Shown: positions 48,101 to 59,490 of the stretch, piece by piece
How positions within the stretch are numbered: the first letter of the stretch is position 1
Layout of the letters: each line of letters opens with the position of its first letter
Source of the DNA: Macrostomum hystrix
Lineage: Eukaryota; Animalia; Platyhelminthes
Length of the DNA stretch: 64,000 nt
NCBI GenBank assembly: GCA_950097015.1
Contig: CATNEN010000002.1
Span: 9,300,001 to 9,364,000, forward strand
Direction: 5' to 3'
The notes under the pieces: model-generated
What the model was told of the DNA's origin: nothing
Seen by the model: only the letters and a program-made list of their open reading frames with translations
Databases searched by the model: none
Translations under genes and position numbers: made by a program

Positions 48101-49112
48101 CATATATTAAAATGGGGAAAATCTATGGGATCTGAGATATCTAAGTTGCTAGCTCACTTCTGTCTCCATCTCATCCTTTATAAACACCTGCGCAATCCTT
48201 TCCCATCCCATTTGGGATCCTGGGACACCTTGCCCAACCCAACCCATCTGGGATCCTGGGACAACCTTGCCCAACCCAACCCATCTGGGATCCTGGGACA
48301 CCTTGCCCAACCCACCCATCTGGGATCCTGGGACACCTTGCCCGACCCAACCCATCTGGGATCATGGGACACCTTGCCCAACCCAACCCATCTGGGATCC
48401 TGGGACACCTTGCCCACCCAACCCATCTGGGATCCTGGGACACCTTGCCCAACCCAACCCATCTGGGATCATGGGATACCTTGCCCACCCAACCCATCTG
48501 GCATCCTGGCGCACCTCCTTGCCCTGCTCGCCGGCCGCCAGCACCACGGAGCGGGCGCAGTACTCCAGCAGTTGGCCGAGCGCCCGAAGTCCGCCAGCGT
48601 CGGCGAAGCGACGCACATCCGTGATGGTCAGCGTGGACATGTGCATGCGCAGCTGGGAGGCGCCCTTGTCGGCTTCGTCCAGGTGAAGGGGCCGTCGGGC
48701 CGCCCGGCGAGTCGCTTCAGCAGGGCCAGGCAGGTGGCGAAGTCGGTCTCAGCGCTGCTCTTGTGCTCCTTGTAGTTGTGAAGCATGACGGCCAGTGCGC
48801 GGTAGTCTTTGTTCTGGAAGGAGCGCGCGTCCAGGTTCAGGTCCTGAATCATGTCGGCCAGGGCGGAATCCAGCTCGTCCTGGCTCATTGGCTGCAGCTG
48901 CATGATCGACTGCTGCTGATGCTCCTGCTGCTGCTGCTGCTGCTGCCGTTTCTGCTGCTTCTCCATGGCCACAGCTGCCGCTGCACTTGACTCCGACGAC
49001 GAGCTGCCGCGACGAAACAGAAGGCCGCCGAGGCCTCCAGTGCTGCTCGACGCACTGCTGACGGTGCCGGAGCCCTTCTTGCGCTCCCTGATTGACATCT
49101 GCGGCTGCTTGG
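42190..49112 (-). CDS. Diaphanous-related formin (GBD/FH3, poly-Pro FH1, FH2, DAD), multi-exon, with at least 4 single-base frameshifts
   Basis: GBD ELDSALADMIQDLNL; FH3 YFKLLEELVSQLVL..DG..PDF; FH1 poly-Pro at 45280-45410; FH2 KRLNWQPV..LKRDSLW, KAAENLGIAL, LALGNILNSG....FAFHVSCL..L; DAD ANLLEALKSGAAF. Confidence 0.85.
43315..43672. repeat. 11-bp minisatellite (tgagcaca(c/t/g)a(t/c)), intronic
   Basis: Directly visible. It gives the Cys-rich spurious ORFs. Confidence 0.95.
44110..44748. repeat. 26-28-bp minisatellite (gggatctgggatgcagggtactcaactt), intronic
   Basis: Directly visible, starting just after the gtgagc donor. Confidence 0.95.
45632..45838 (-). repeat. 48-bp tandem repeat x4 spanning an exon/intron junction
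   Basis: The unit encodes LGQQAGPGAGPSACEW and each copy contains GTGAGT. Confidence 0.9.
46400..46630. repeat. Degenerate intronic repeat (gggatctgagaatatgggataaact)
   Basis: Directly visible. Confidence 0.85.
47135..47765. repeat. 30-bp minisatellite (ggtcaggtgtgag(g/t)atctgggatgattgtt) x ~21, intronic
   Basis: Directly visible. It fills almost the entire intron. Confidence 0.95.
48205..48505. repeat. ~35-36-bp minisatellite (cccaacccatctgggatcctgggacaccttgc) x ~8, intronic
   Basis: Directly visible. Confidence 0.92.
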
Positions 49113-50879
49113 CTGCGGGGGCAAAAGGCCACTGACCGAAATTAAAGACTTATTCCAGGCTTCGCAGTCGAAAACAAAGCAATACACTGCCTAGCTAAAT
49201 CTGAGAATCAGATAGTCTGATTTTGACTATCTAATAGGGCGCTATTGCCTCGGGAAGATCTTATCGAATCGAATTGCCATCAATTACCGTGCAGGCCGTT
49301 AAAAAATATGAACAACAGACTACTGCTAGAAGTAGTAGAATCGAAGCTGAGCGAGGCCAACAGACAGCTAATTGCCAACAATTGCCATTCGGCGAGACTG
49401 AATGCTGAACTCGAAGCCAGGGAAAGCCCCATTCTGAACCAGCTCAACCGACTCCGCTGTGGTTCCAGAAGGCCCACGTGAAGAGGACAGGCGAGTGCGG
49501 CCTGAGAGAGCTGGCAGGGTGGGGACTTCAGTTTTTTGTCAGCGGTCTCAATTTCCTGTCAGAGGCGCCAAGAACACACAGGGAAGCGTCTTCTGTTCTC
49601 ACAAGCGCGCGACACTTATGAATGAAAGATTAATGCAAAAGCAAAGCTGGAGTGAAAGCCTGGCAGGCTCCCTGCATCGATCTGCGGTAACGAGCCGAAA
49701 CCAGCTCACACTGAGCCAGAAAAAAACAGGAAGACTATCTGCAGCCAGCCCCATTGAAGCTGCTTCTGTATCGATCGGTGGAACTAACTCAACTTCTGCT
49801 ATTTTAGGTAACTTTATTTCTGGATAAGACTCAAAGGCATGGAAATAGGAAATAAAGCAACTATAATTGATGCTAATTAATAAGTTAGTAGCTGCACAAC
49901 GGCAATGCAATGCAAAATAAATAGCTAAACAGGAAGACAGTGAGAGTCACCATGGAGGAGACAGTGGAACCACCCACCTAGGGGAAAGCAGTGGGGCCAG
50001 CATGGGGCTGACAATATTAGTAGCCATGGAGGAGACAGTGGGAGTCACCATCGGGGAGACTGTGCAAGCCACCTTGTGGAAAGCAGTGCGGACCGCCTCG
50101 GCGGCTGTTGCTGAAACAAATGCCAGGCATACAAGCTAGTAGCCAAGTGTCTCATTATCAGCTACCAGACGTGTAGGGCAGTTTAGCTAATGCGAAAGCC
50201 CAGGTCATGTCGTGTCAGCCAAGGCAAGGCTGATTGAAGAAAACGCAAAGGCCAGTGGGAAATTCAGGTCAGGCGGGGCGCCGGCATGAGGGATGGACAA
50301 AATTCATCCGCGAGGGCTCGGGTGAATTAGGAGAAAAGATTGGGCCGGAGTCACCGACACTGCCAAGGACAGTGGGGCGCCAGTCCCAATGGTCCGCCCA
50401 GCTCCTCTCATCGGCCTGCCCCCAATTCCGACCTAGCCCTGCCAGACCGGTGCAAAAAAGAAACAGAAATAGGAACTGCGCGCACTCAGTTGTGGCAGGG
50501 GAGAAATGGGGAGCGAAAAAGTGCACCCAGGAATTTTAGAAGTTCCGGATTAATTGAACTAAACGCAACTCGCGGGCCGTCGGGAAATATACACGATACA
50601 GCATGATAAAATACAAAAAGAAAGCTGGTTCCTTTTGAAAATTGCTGACAGGACCAGTGCGACACACCTTCCAGGCAGCTGGACAGAAACTGGGAATTAA
50701 AGGGATGATAAATCTGGGCGGAATCGGTCCGCAGGCACAAATCACAGAAGCACGGATAGCACGCACTTACACAAAACACCGTTTCGGGACCTGATCTCGC
50801 AAAGTTCCGTAGGGCTTTTGTGCCATTGTCAATCGGTTCTGTCTTCTGACGCCTCAGACGCGCCAGCAAAAAAAACTGG

Positions 50880-53460
50880 AGGACTCGCACGAAGCAGGGG
50901 GATGAAAAGAGGAAAATTATTCGCAGCACTCTGCGTCTGCCAGTGACAGATCCGAAAAAAGTAGTGCAGCTACTGAAGCTTGCGGAATGAGACGGCAATG
51001 TAAATGTATTAGGAAATGCCGATACTAGCTGGAGAGAAACAGCCTACATTTTGGCCTCCTCGGGTGGTCCGCAGGGCCAAGCCGGTGTTTATACCAGGAA
51101 AAGCCTGAGGGAGCATTAGCAATTCGAATAAGCATAGGCGGGGACAGGGACCGACCTAAATAGTAAGCGCCTTTAGTGAAACTTCAGCCGGCACTTGCAG
51201 TTGAGACGCTAACTTTCTCGTCTGCTGGCCGAGTCACGCACTGCACAACTAAAGGAAATGCCAACTGCTTAACTAACTTATCTAAGAGCTGTCAGTACGC
51301 TCAGTCCCAATACTGCTTGTAGGCAAGGGACAATGCACTACAAAGCTCGATGAAGATCGAAGCTATTAATATGAATATATTAAGTGGTAGTACTCAAGAT
51401 AACCCATCAATTGATAAAAGCTGCACACGCAGCTTTAAAACCAACCTGCATAGGTTTAGGAGGGCCATTGACCTAGCAGTGCAAGCGTCATGGGGGAGTA
51501 AACTTCCAGCGATCATTCTAAGGCGGAACTCCCCTGCCACTGGCACCGACTGTCACTCAATATGCGTAAAAGGCGAAAGCAAATTTCACAAGAATCCTGG
51601 CCCGCCCACCTAAGCCAGACTCCGCTCAGCTCCAGGAGAGGACTGATGTCTGAAGAAGAGAAGGTACGAAGGAAGAGTAACCTTTCAAGAGAAGGTAAAT
51701 GACTACTCTAGCAGATCTCGGAATTGCACACAGCCTGTGCTGGGGCCGATGAATTTTGCAACTATATTTATCCAGTTTGGGCTTCCTAAAAGCCACCCCC
51801 AAATTTTAACTGGCAACTTTAATCACCAGTGCGCATTGTGCTAAGAGCCAACAGCGTGTTGCCCCGCCCACTTGGCCTCTAATGGCCCGTGTCTGCTCGG
51901 CTAAGGGAGAAAATGCAGACACGCTTGGCTTAGAGACCACACGGAGGAATTCACCGCAGCAGTTTTAGGGACAAGAAACGCAAGCGAGAGTGGGGGCAGA
52001 GAGGCAGCGGAGGCAGGGCTGCGGATCGATACCTACTTGCTGGTCGCGCACACCTTTCCTCGAGGCTGGCGAGGGCGAGAGACCAGCGGGAAAAACGCTG
52101 AGGGAGACAGACCCAAGGAGGAAAAAGACCAAGGAGAAATGGAGAGGGGAACCGGCGAGAGGAAGAGATGGAGAAGGCGAGAGTGTTGGGATTTCATAGT
52201 AGCGCTCGGAATTATGACCCAGCCTATGTTACCGGATTAGCGTTTTTTAGACCCTAGCCCTAATTGAATCCCGGACCGAGAGATCTTAGGAGAAATGGGA
52301 GCGTGGGATTATTACTAACGGCCTGAGAAAAGGCCCCGTTCGCATTGCTGAAATCCACCGGGCGGCACTATCCGAGCCAGCAAATTTTTATGAGTATCAA
52401 GACCGCGAACGCAGTGGCCAGGCGGGCATGCCGACCTTGTGCCTGTCTTTCAAGAGGAAAGCGGCGTTGCAAAAAATAGTCATCAATTATGATCCGGGTC
52501 ACCCGTGCCCGAGAAGTGGCCCTAGGAATGAAACAACAGCCTGGGCCAGGCTAGCTATAGGGACTGTAGACGAAGCAAAGGGTCGGTTGTGTCTCAAGTT
52601 TTCGGACATAGGCAAAATGCTGCAAGGTGGGCCGGCAAGCTGCGCCTCTGACTGCGGGAGGCAGCGCGGCGCGCCATTCATCACGGGATGATTGATTGAG
52701 GCTTTAGAATGCGGAGCAGCTAAGGAATTAACCAGAAATCCAAGACCAGCGCTAAGCAGAGTGCATCAAAACGTGGAGTTTAGGACCAGAGACAGCTGTT
52801 TTAAATGATAATCACATCCTTCATTGAAAAATTAAAATTAAAGAGAAAGACGTGATATTTTGCTTGGTTTGTACCACCGAACTAACTACGAGCTACTTGT
52901 GCTAAACGAGGGAATGAACGTCAGAAAAAGTATGTGGCTCCGAAGAATTGCGATTTGGGCAGCACGAATTTAGTATTAGCATTTCAGTGATGAGATCACC
53001 TGCCAAGTTCAACTGGACTCACAATACCCACTCGAGGCTGCACTTTGAGTTCTGACATCACTCCAAGCTGTCCATTCGACAAAGGCTCTTCCTCACACTT
53101 TGCTGAGGCAAGAAGCTTCAATACTACTAAATTAAATTCCTTATTCCAAGCGTTTGCGCTCATAGAAGAGAGTGAAAGAAGTTCCTTCTCTCTTAAGCCA
53201 TCATCTCTAATTTCCCCACTGGCTGACTTAGGATTCATCTCGTCAGGAATTACAAGAGAATTGACAATATGGTAAGGGAAGTTATTTATATTCTGTCCAA
53301 TCTGGATTCTGTGAATCGAGCATTTGCGAGGCAGAAACTTGATGGCTAAAAATAGAATACTTTAGGTTAACAGGCCGGCAGGTCACACCAAGATCCTTTC
53401 TCGCTCGATGAAGAGAAAATTCAAGGAGTCTCGGAAGGTCAAAGCAATTGGCCTAGGCCT
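50880..53460 (+). mobile_element. Heavily decayed non-LTR retroelement relic (APE endonuclease/RT-like fragments)
   Basis: Broken-frame fragments VNVLGNADTSWRE...SGGPQGQAGV (~51000-51090) and DEFCNY...ILTGNFNH (~51750-51830) resemble APE motifs. The RT resemblance is weak. Confidence 0.35.
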
Positions 53461-55009
53461 ACAGCTAGTTAGGTGACCACGAAGTTTTGGCTAGTTAAGG
53501 ATTTCAAAACAATCGATGCCTGATGTGCGGGCTGAACTAACTTGATCAGGAGCGCACACTTATCAAGTGCAGCAGCATACTTAAAACGGGCGCAGAACAA
53601 AATCGGAGGCATGGCATTTGCCGGAGAGCACGACAATTCCCGCTTCGCCTCTGCTGTGTACGCAACAGCAGGGTTGAAACCAGGCTTCAATCGATTCAAG
53701 CCACTTTAGACAATTCTTTACAGTCTTTCAGTCCTACAGACAGCTCTCACAATTTTTGGCTTCGGGTAGGAATTGCGCACCGAGGTCTATCAGTGAGAAA
53801 AAACGCGGCTCTGTACCACTGAAGCCCAGATGATAAGGAGATAACTTACAAGTCAACAAAACTAGTTCCGTGCTGCCACCTGTCGCGAAATCTCCGATGC
53901 AAACCTGAACTTTCCACTTATCTCGAAGGTTCAGTTTGACAGTGCAGGCAGGATAGCGCCTTCAATCCTTAGTGGGATAAGGTCAGATCACTTAATCTAC
54001 TAAGCCTGCAGAGAAGGGTTAAGATCATTCGTGATGATCCCAGAGCAGCCTGCGAATGCGAATATGCAAAAATTAAAAATGATTGAAGGCATGCACTTTC
54101 TTAAAAAAAATCTTCTCGGTCACCATAGTAACAGCATGGGCGAGACACGTGGCACGTACCCCGGCTGAGTTATGAATAATTTATTAGCTCATGAGGCCTC
54201 ACATGTCGTGCATACATCAACTCGATCTAAATCCACCCTGCTCTAAACGACTGCTCCATTTTAGTTGCGTAAGCTATTCATATTCTAAAAGAAGATAAAA
54301 AGTCTGAGACGAAAATTATAAGGGTAGAAAATTGCATCTGGTTCATCGTAGAATAAATTCGGCTACAGAAATGTACACTAGTTAAGTAAAGTATGATAGC
54401 ATACAAATTATTAAACAAAAATAATGCTGAGATCTGGGGGCGACAAAAAGAAGGCGCATTAAAGGAAGTGTTCACATACGGCAATGGCAACTATAATGTG
54501 TAAAATGTGATGTACTGTACGAAGCATGCGACATTACACTAGAGAATAGATAAGATCAAAAGCGAATCAATTAAGATCATTATAATATATTATTTCCTTT
54601 CTATCAAAAGCAAGCCTATATGAGGCCGATTGAAAAAAACACTAGCATGCAAGTGCATGATGAATCCAGGGAAAGGCACAAAACGCACGTAATAGCATAC
54701 TGATGATGTCAGCAAAGCTCGGATAAAATTCTAACAGCTTAATATATCCTGGAAATATACTGAAGATAACACAGACACGAAACTTTCTTGTTGGCTGCTT
54801 ATTTGTAGCTCAGCAAAGAAACAAGAACTACCTGTACGCTCGTAGTTACATCAAAAAGTCAAAAAGAACCATAATACTCTCCTAATTGCAAGGAAATTTA
54901 TAATAATGCCTTTACTGAATTTCATGGGGTTCTGTTGAGTCGAATAATCGGAAGAACAAGCATCTCTAATTAAAAAAACGCTCGTCACTGAATACACACC
55001 ACAAAGCAA

Positions 55010-58000
55010 TCATATGTTGTAGAGTTTTAAGCTCAGCCCGTGTGACAGCAGATATTTAGCTGTCCAGCGAGCTCCAGCATCCACCGCTTTAAGATAGTCG
55101 CAGACAATTTGACTGCATTCCATAATAATCCAGAGGCGAAGCGAATGTAAAACTGCATTTTTCTGTAGTTAGAAGATTTCAGCAGGCTGGTACCAAAAGA
55201 AATTGTAGTTCTGCCCACCGAAGGCAACTAGGTCGACAAGGTTAATCTGCTCGATCACACTCTGCTCGCCTGCATCAAAAATATGAATCGCCTGCTCAGA
55301 TACAGCCAATAGTAAATCGGTACCTCGATAAGATCAAAGTCAACGCAGCGGGCAAGGGAAAAACCTGGCTTCCCAGATGCTCCTGTCCAGAAAGAGAACT
55401 GATGTAGTTTCGAAGCAAGTCAACTTGCTTTTGAGCAATTAGCACCCCATTGCTCTAAAAGCATAAGCTTCAGGTGCATGACTCTGTCCTCCTCGTGAGA
55501 TTACAACAAGCGGAAACAACTGCTTGATTAAAAGGCCAAGAGTCTGATCCTTGTGAACGATATTTCTGTAGTTGCCTTCAGAGCTTGGCAAAGGTGCGCT
55601 ATGGTGATTAGAAGGGTCACCCCATCTACAGGATAGTAACTGACAAGAAGATCAAACTGAATCTGGTATAACAACTGCTTTCTAATTCAAATTCCCGTGG
55701 AGCTCAGTATCAAACATGCTTAGCTGATAGGAACGACATCGTAAATAAAAGTCGACTGGAGCACGACTTGGTCGATCCCGGCCTGGTGAATGCGCAATCG
55801 AAGCTGGGCTTGCTCTGACGTCTTCAAACGTTGCTGTTGCTGACTCCGTTGGTAGGGGGGCATTGCTCAAAACTCACCTGAACTTTCCAGGTAAGGGGTC
55901 AAGATAGCACAGAATGACTGGTTGTCTTTTATGTACAATGAGAAGGCAAATTCTTTGTTATGGGTAGCTTCAAAGGCGGAAAATGGCTGGATTTGCGGAG
56001 GATCAGCGACCGTCGATGAGCCATGAATTCACGACCACCTTAGTAAGGCGTTGCCGAGGAAGTGATACCAGGAAAGCTGAAAGGATCGGAAACGGAGGAA
56101 CGGCCTGTCTCAGAAGCATTGAAGTTTACTTCCCAGCGATGAAGGAGGCTTGCGATCGACCACCGAATTCGCGGAGTTTTTTTGTAGGCAAGGGTTTGAC
56201 AAAAGGGTAATCAAACTTTGCGATAAGCGCATTATTGCTCTTGATTTGCTCGCTAAGATAATACTCAACAAACGGACGAAAGCCAAATCAGAAGGCAGAA
56301 ATAGACGGTGAAACCAGAGAAAACAACTGCCATGAAGACTGAATGGATGCAGGAAGGTCAGACTCTGATACCCGTGGTTGCTGGCTGCCGGCTGAAATCG
56401 TTGACGAGCTTGAATGCGTTGAGCATAAAAACTTAGGTGATGAGCACTTAAACTTGGACTTTCGCTCCTTTGGTGTCAGCTTTAACTTAGACGAAGGAAT
56501 GGTTTGCATCACGAGTTGCAAATACAATTCGTCTTTTAGAAGCGGTAGGTCAAAGCAATACAAGCAGAGCCGCTTAACCAATTCCGTCTTTTCTATCGGA
56601 TTGCTATCTGCAGACGGGTAAATATAGAGCAAAATGAGCTGGAAAAGCAGCAGTGCGGAGTTGTTCAAATCGGATGGGATCTTTGAAAGCGGAGCATCAA
56701 GTGGCTGGTCTGAGTGCCAGAAATTTCCATGAAAATCCTCACCCATCAAATGCGCGAGGTGAGTAGAAAAGGGTGAGTTGAGCCAAGACTGACGCCTGGG
56801 CATAACTTTCCGACTAAGCTTGGGTGTCGGTGATTTTGGAACTGGCAGTATTTCCGCAACACTCTGAGGTTCGATTCGGCAGGCAAGCTGAGTCAAAAGA
56901 TGGCGCCATCTGACAAACTCAGCCTCATCCGTGCAAATAAAATAAACGGGCTCCTTGCCCTTACTTCGAACAGCAATGGTTCTGTTGGGAGAGGTCACCT
57001 CACTGTAGTCGCCGTCACTTTCAGATGAGCTGCCGCCAAATGCTTCAGAAATTATGCAATTAGATAAATCTTTGCTTCCGGTTGGAACGGAATCTGTATG
57101 CCGCTTGTAATATACAAGAAAGTGTCCATATAATCTGCAGTAAAGCTTCTTGCTGTTTCCGCATTTAACGCGCTTAAGCCAACCTTTGTAAAGCAGCCGT
57201 CCCGAATTTCTCTGCACTATTAGCTCAGAGTTATGGCGCTTGATTGAGCCGACCATAGCGTAATACCAGAGTGATCTCTCACTGGTCGAGTCGCAGCTAA
57301 GGTACAAAGACTTTTCTGAACCTTGAACCTTGACATCAATACCATAGTCATGCAAACAAGAACGACTTACAGACTCAATATCTTTAAGTGAAACACACAG
57401 CTGAGCTTTCTGTTTTGCTCCTGGCTTTGCTGGATAAAACAGTAGGCTGTGGGTTGTTAAAATGCACCAGAAACGCCGCCACACTTTAAATTTGCCACTT
57501 AATTTGTTAACGAAACCATTTTTTATAACTTTAGAGTCAGGCAGAGGGCAACTCTGTGAGGGCCCAGCAGTGAGTAAAACAGCAGCATTAGCTGAATCAC
57601 CTGCGACGCTGGAGTCATCAGGTGGCAGGTAGTAGTCCATGCTAACAGAGGACGCACTGACTGCGCTTTCGGACATCACTGACCGACCGTTTGGGTCAAC
57701 TTGAAAAGCGTTATCGTACTCAGAACTCTCGCACTCAGAGTTGTCAAACTGAAGATCGATTGGGTGCAGCTGAACCAACCTTGCAGAGCCCTTGACACAC
57801 GAGTAGATGGGAAGAGCAGCCGCTAGTGCTTTGATTTCCTGTTTGCGTTCGGATGCGCCAACAATCGCCTCGTGTACACGCCTAGCTAAATCTGCTTTTA
57901 GCAATCCCTTTATCGAAGACAAAACTTGAATGCTCGAGTTAAGCGATCCAGGGATCATTGCCTGCCGGGAAGCAATTTGCTTAGTTTTAGAAGAGGCCAA

Positions 58001-59490
58001 AATATCGGGAGAATCGGGTACATGCTTCGCTGATGTATCGCTGTTGCTGCTAGCGCCAAGTAAAACGCGCTCCTCCGAGCTGCGCAGCTTTAAAGGGGCG
58101 GCAGCAGAAACTTGAGCTGGGATTTTATCCTGCATGGGAGTATTGGGCTCCGACAGGTTATCTCGGCAACTCTTGCTCGCTGATCCCAGCAAGGGTCGAT
58201 CCTGCATGCCCTTTCGTAAGTGGCCGGGTTTAAGCATGGCTTTTCTGTGCTCCCTCACGGCCGGCTCAGTGTGAAGCAGAGTTCGCTCAAATGAAGAAGA
58301 CAAATTGCCCTCTGACAGATCCAAGACAGGTCTAACACACGATTCCTCACTTAGTTGATGCTTGAGTAGATAAGGAGGGTGTACTCTGGGTCTTCCAAAT
58401 ACTTGATGCCTCAGATTTGGCTCATATTCATCAGTTCCGCCAATACATTCATAAGGGGCTTCAGATGCACTCTCTCCTTGAGCCCTTTTCACCCCGGATC
58501 CGGAGCAAGCCACCTCAGCGGGGAGACTGTATAACGTTTGGCCGCTTTGAGTACTTGCTGGCTGCAGAGTAGGGGCGGCAACGCTCCTGGAGCTGCCATT
58601 ACTAGCTGAGCTGTCCATGTATGGCTGCGTGTCTGTTGAAGTCTGCAGAAATTGCTTTCGGTTAATGCGCACTTTGGGCGGCGCCGGCTTATTCATTGCC
58701 GCGTTTGACTCACAAAAACCTGCAGAGGGACAGTCATGCTACCGAAGGGCTCTCCATTTGAAAGTAGGTTGTGCCCGGACTAATATAAAACTCCTGCATA
58801 GCAACTGCGCCTCTCTCTAAGTCTTCCGATGTAGAGGCCAACGCAGGTGATGATGTGCCCAGATTGGAGCTCGGGTCACACCGCTGACGCTGGCGTCGGT
58901 GCTGGTAATCCGAGAACTAGAACTAGAGCTGGACGAGTCGCATGAGATTTTCACTGTGTCCAAATTAGCATTGTTCAGAATGAAATTTTCATAGGTTTCT
59001 GACAAGCTTGAGTAGCACTCTAGGGAGCGAGGCGAGCTGTAGCTCTTTCGGAAGTCGCTATTGGTGGTGCCGCTACTGTTCGATGCCTCCTTCGGTCCCG
59101 CGGATACCGATAGCAGTCGCTTCGGGTCGTTCAGGTCATCTCGCTATAGCTGTTGCGGGACAGGGACTTGCCAAGCGGATGGGTCCCGGGTAGGAGTGTC
59201 TCGTGAGCCTTCTGGTAATTAACGGCCTGCAGTTCACGGTTAATTGCCTCAGAGAGACTCAGAACCTGGGAGTCGAGCTGCAGAAGGCTAGAACGGTACA
59301 GGGAGAGTCGATGCAGGCGCACGTTGTTGGGGTTCAGCTGGATAACTCGAGTCGAGTCTCGATGGTGGAGCGCAACAGTCGCAGACGCCTGGTGAGAATC
59401 AGAAAGGCGCCAGGTGCATTGTGCAACCAGATCGCAGTAGGAGGCCTCCAACTCATGCAGCTCCTGGGTTAGCGCGGCAACCACCAGCCT
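55010..59490 (-). CDS. PLEKHH1/2 (MAX-1)-like protein: coiled coil, PH, PH, MyTH4, FERM; 802-aa open core (56288-58696), frameshifted flanks, no obvious introns
   Basis: PH1 KNGFVNKLSGKFKVWRRFWCIL; PH2 YKGWLKRVKCG; MyTH4 FWHSDQPL...ALLLFQLI...LKDELYLQLVMQT. Continuing in shifted frames: LFLPS, DRKPPSSL, LLYQIQFDLL..YYPVD, DLLRNYI...LGSQVF, LAVSEQAIHIFD, VAFGG, CDYL (FERM-like). Confidence 0.75.

Noticed and set aside
42190-49112. Programmed ribosomal frameshifting in the formin
   Set aside because: Too many independent shifts, located in C/G runs without slippery-site or pseudoknot context. Consensus error or decay is simpler.
49245-49827. ORFs near the formin 5' end (coiled-coil-like 78 aa; 122 aa)
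   Set aside because: Short and without a domain signature, so they cannot be supported.
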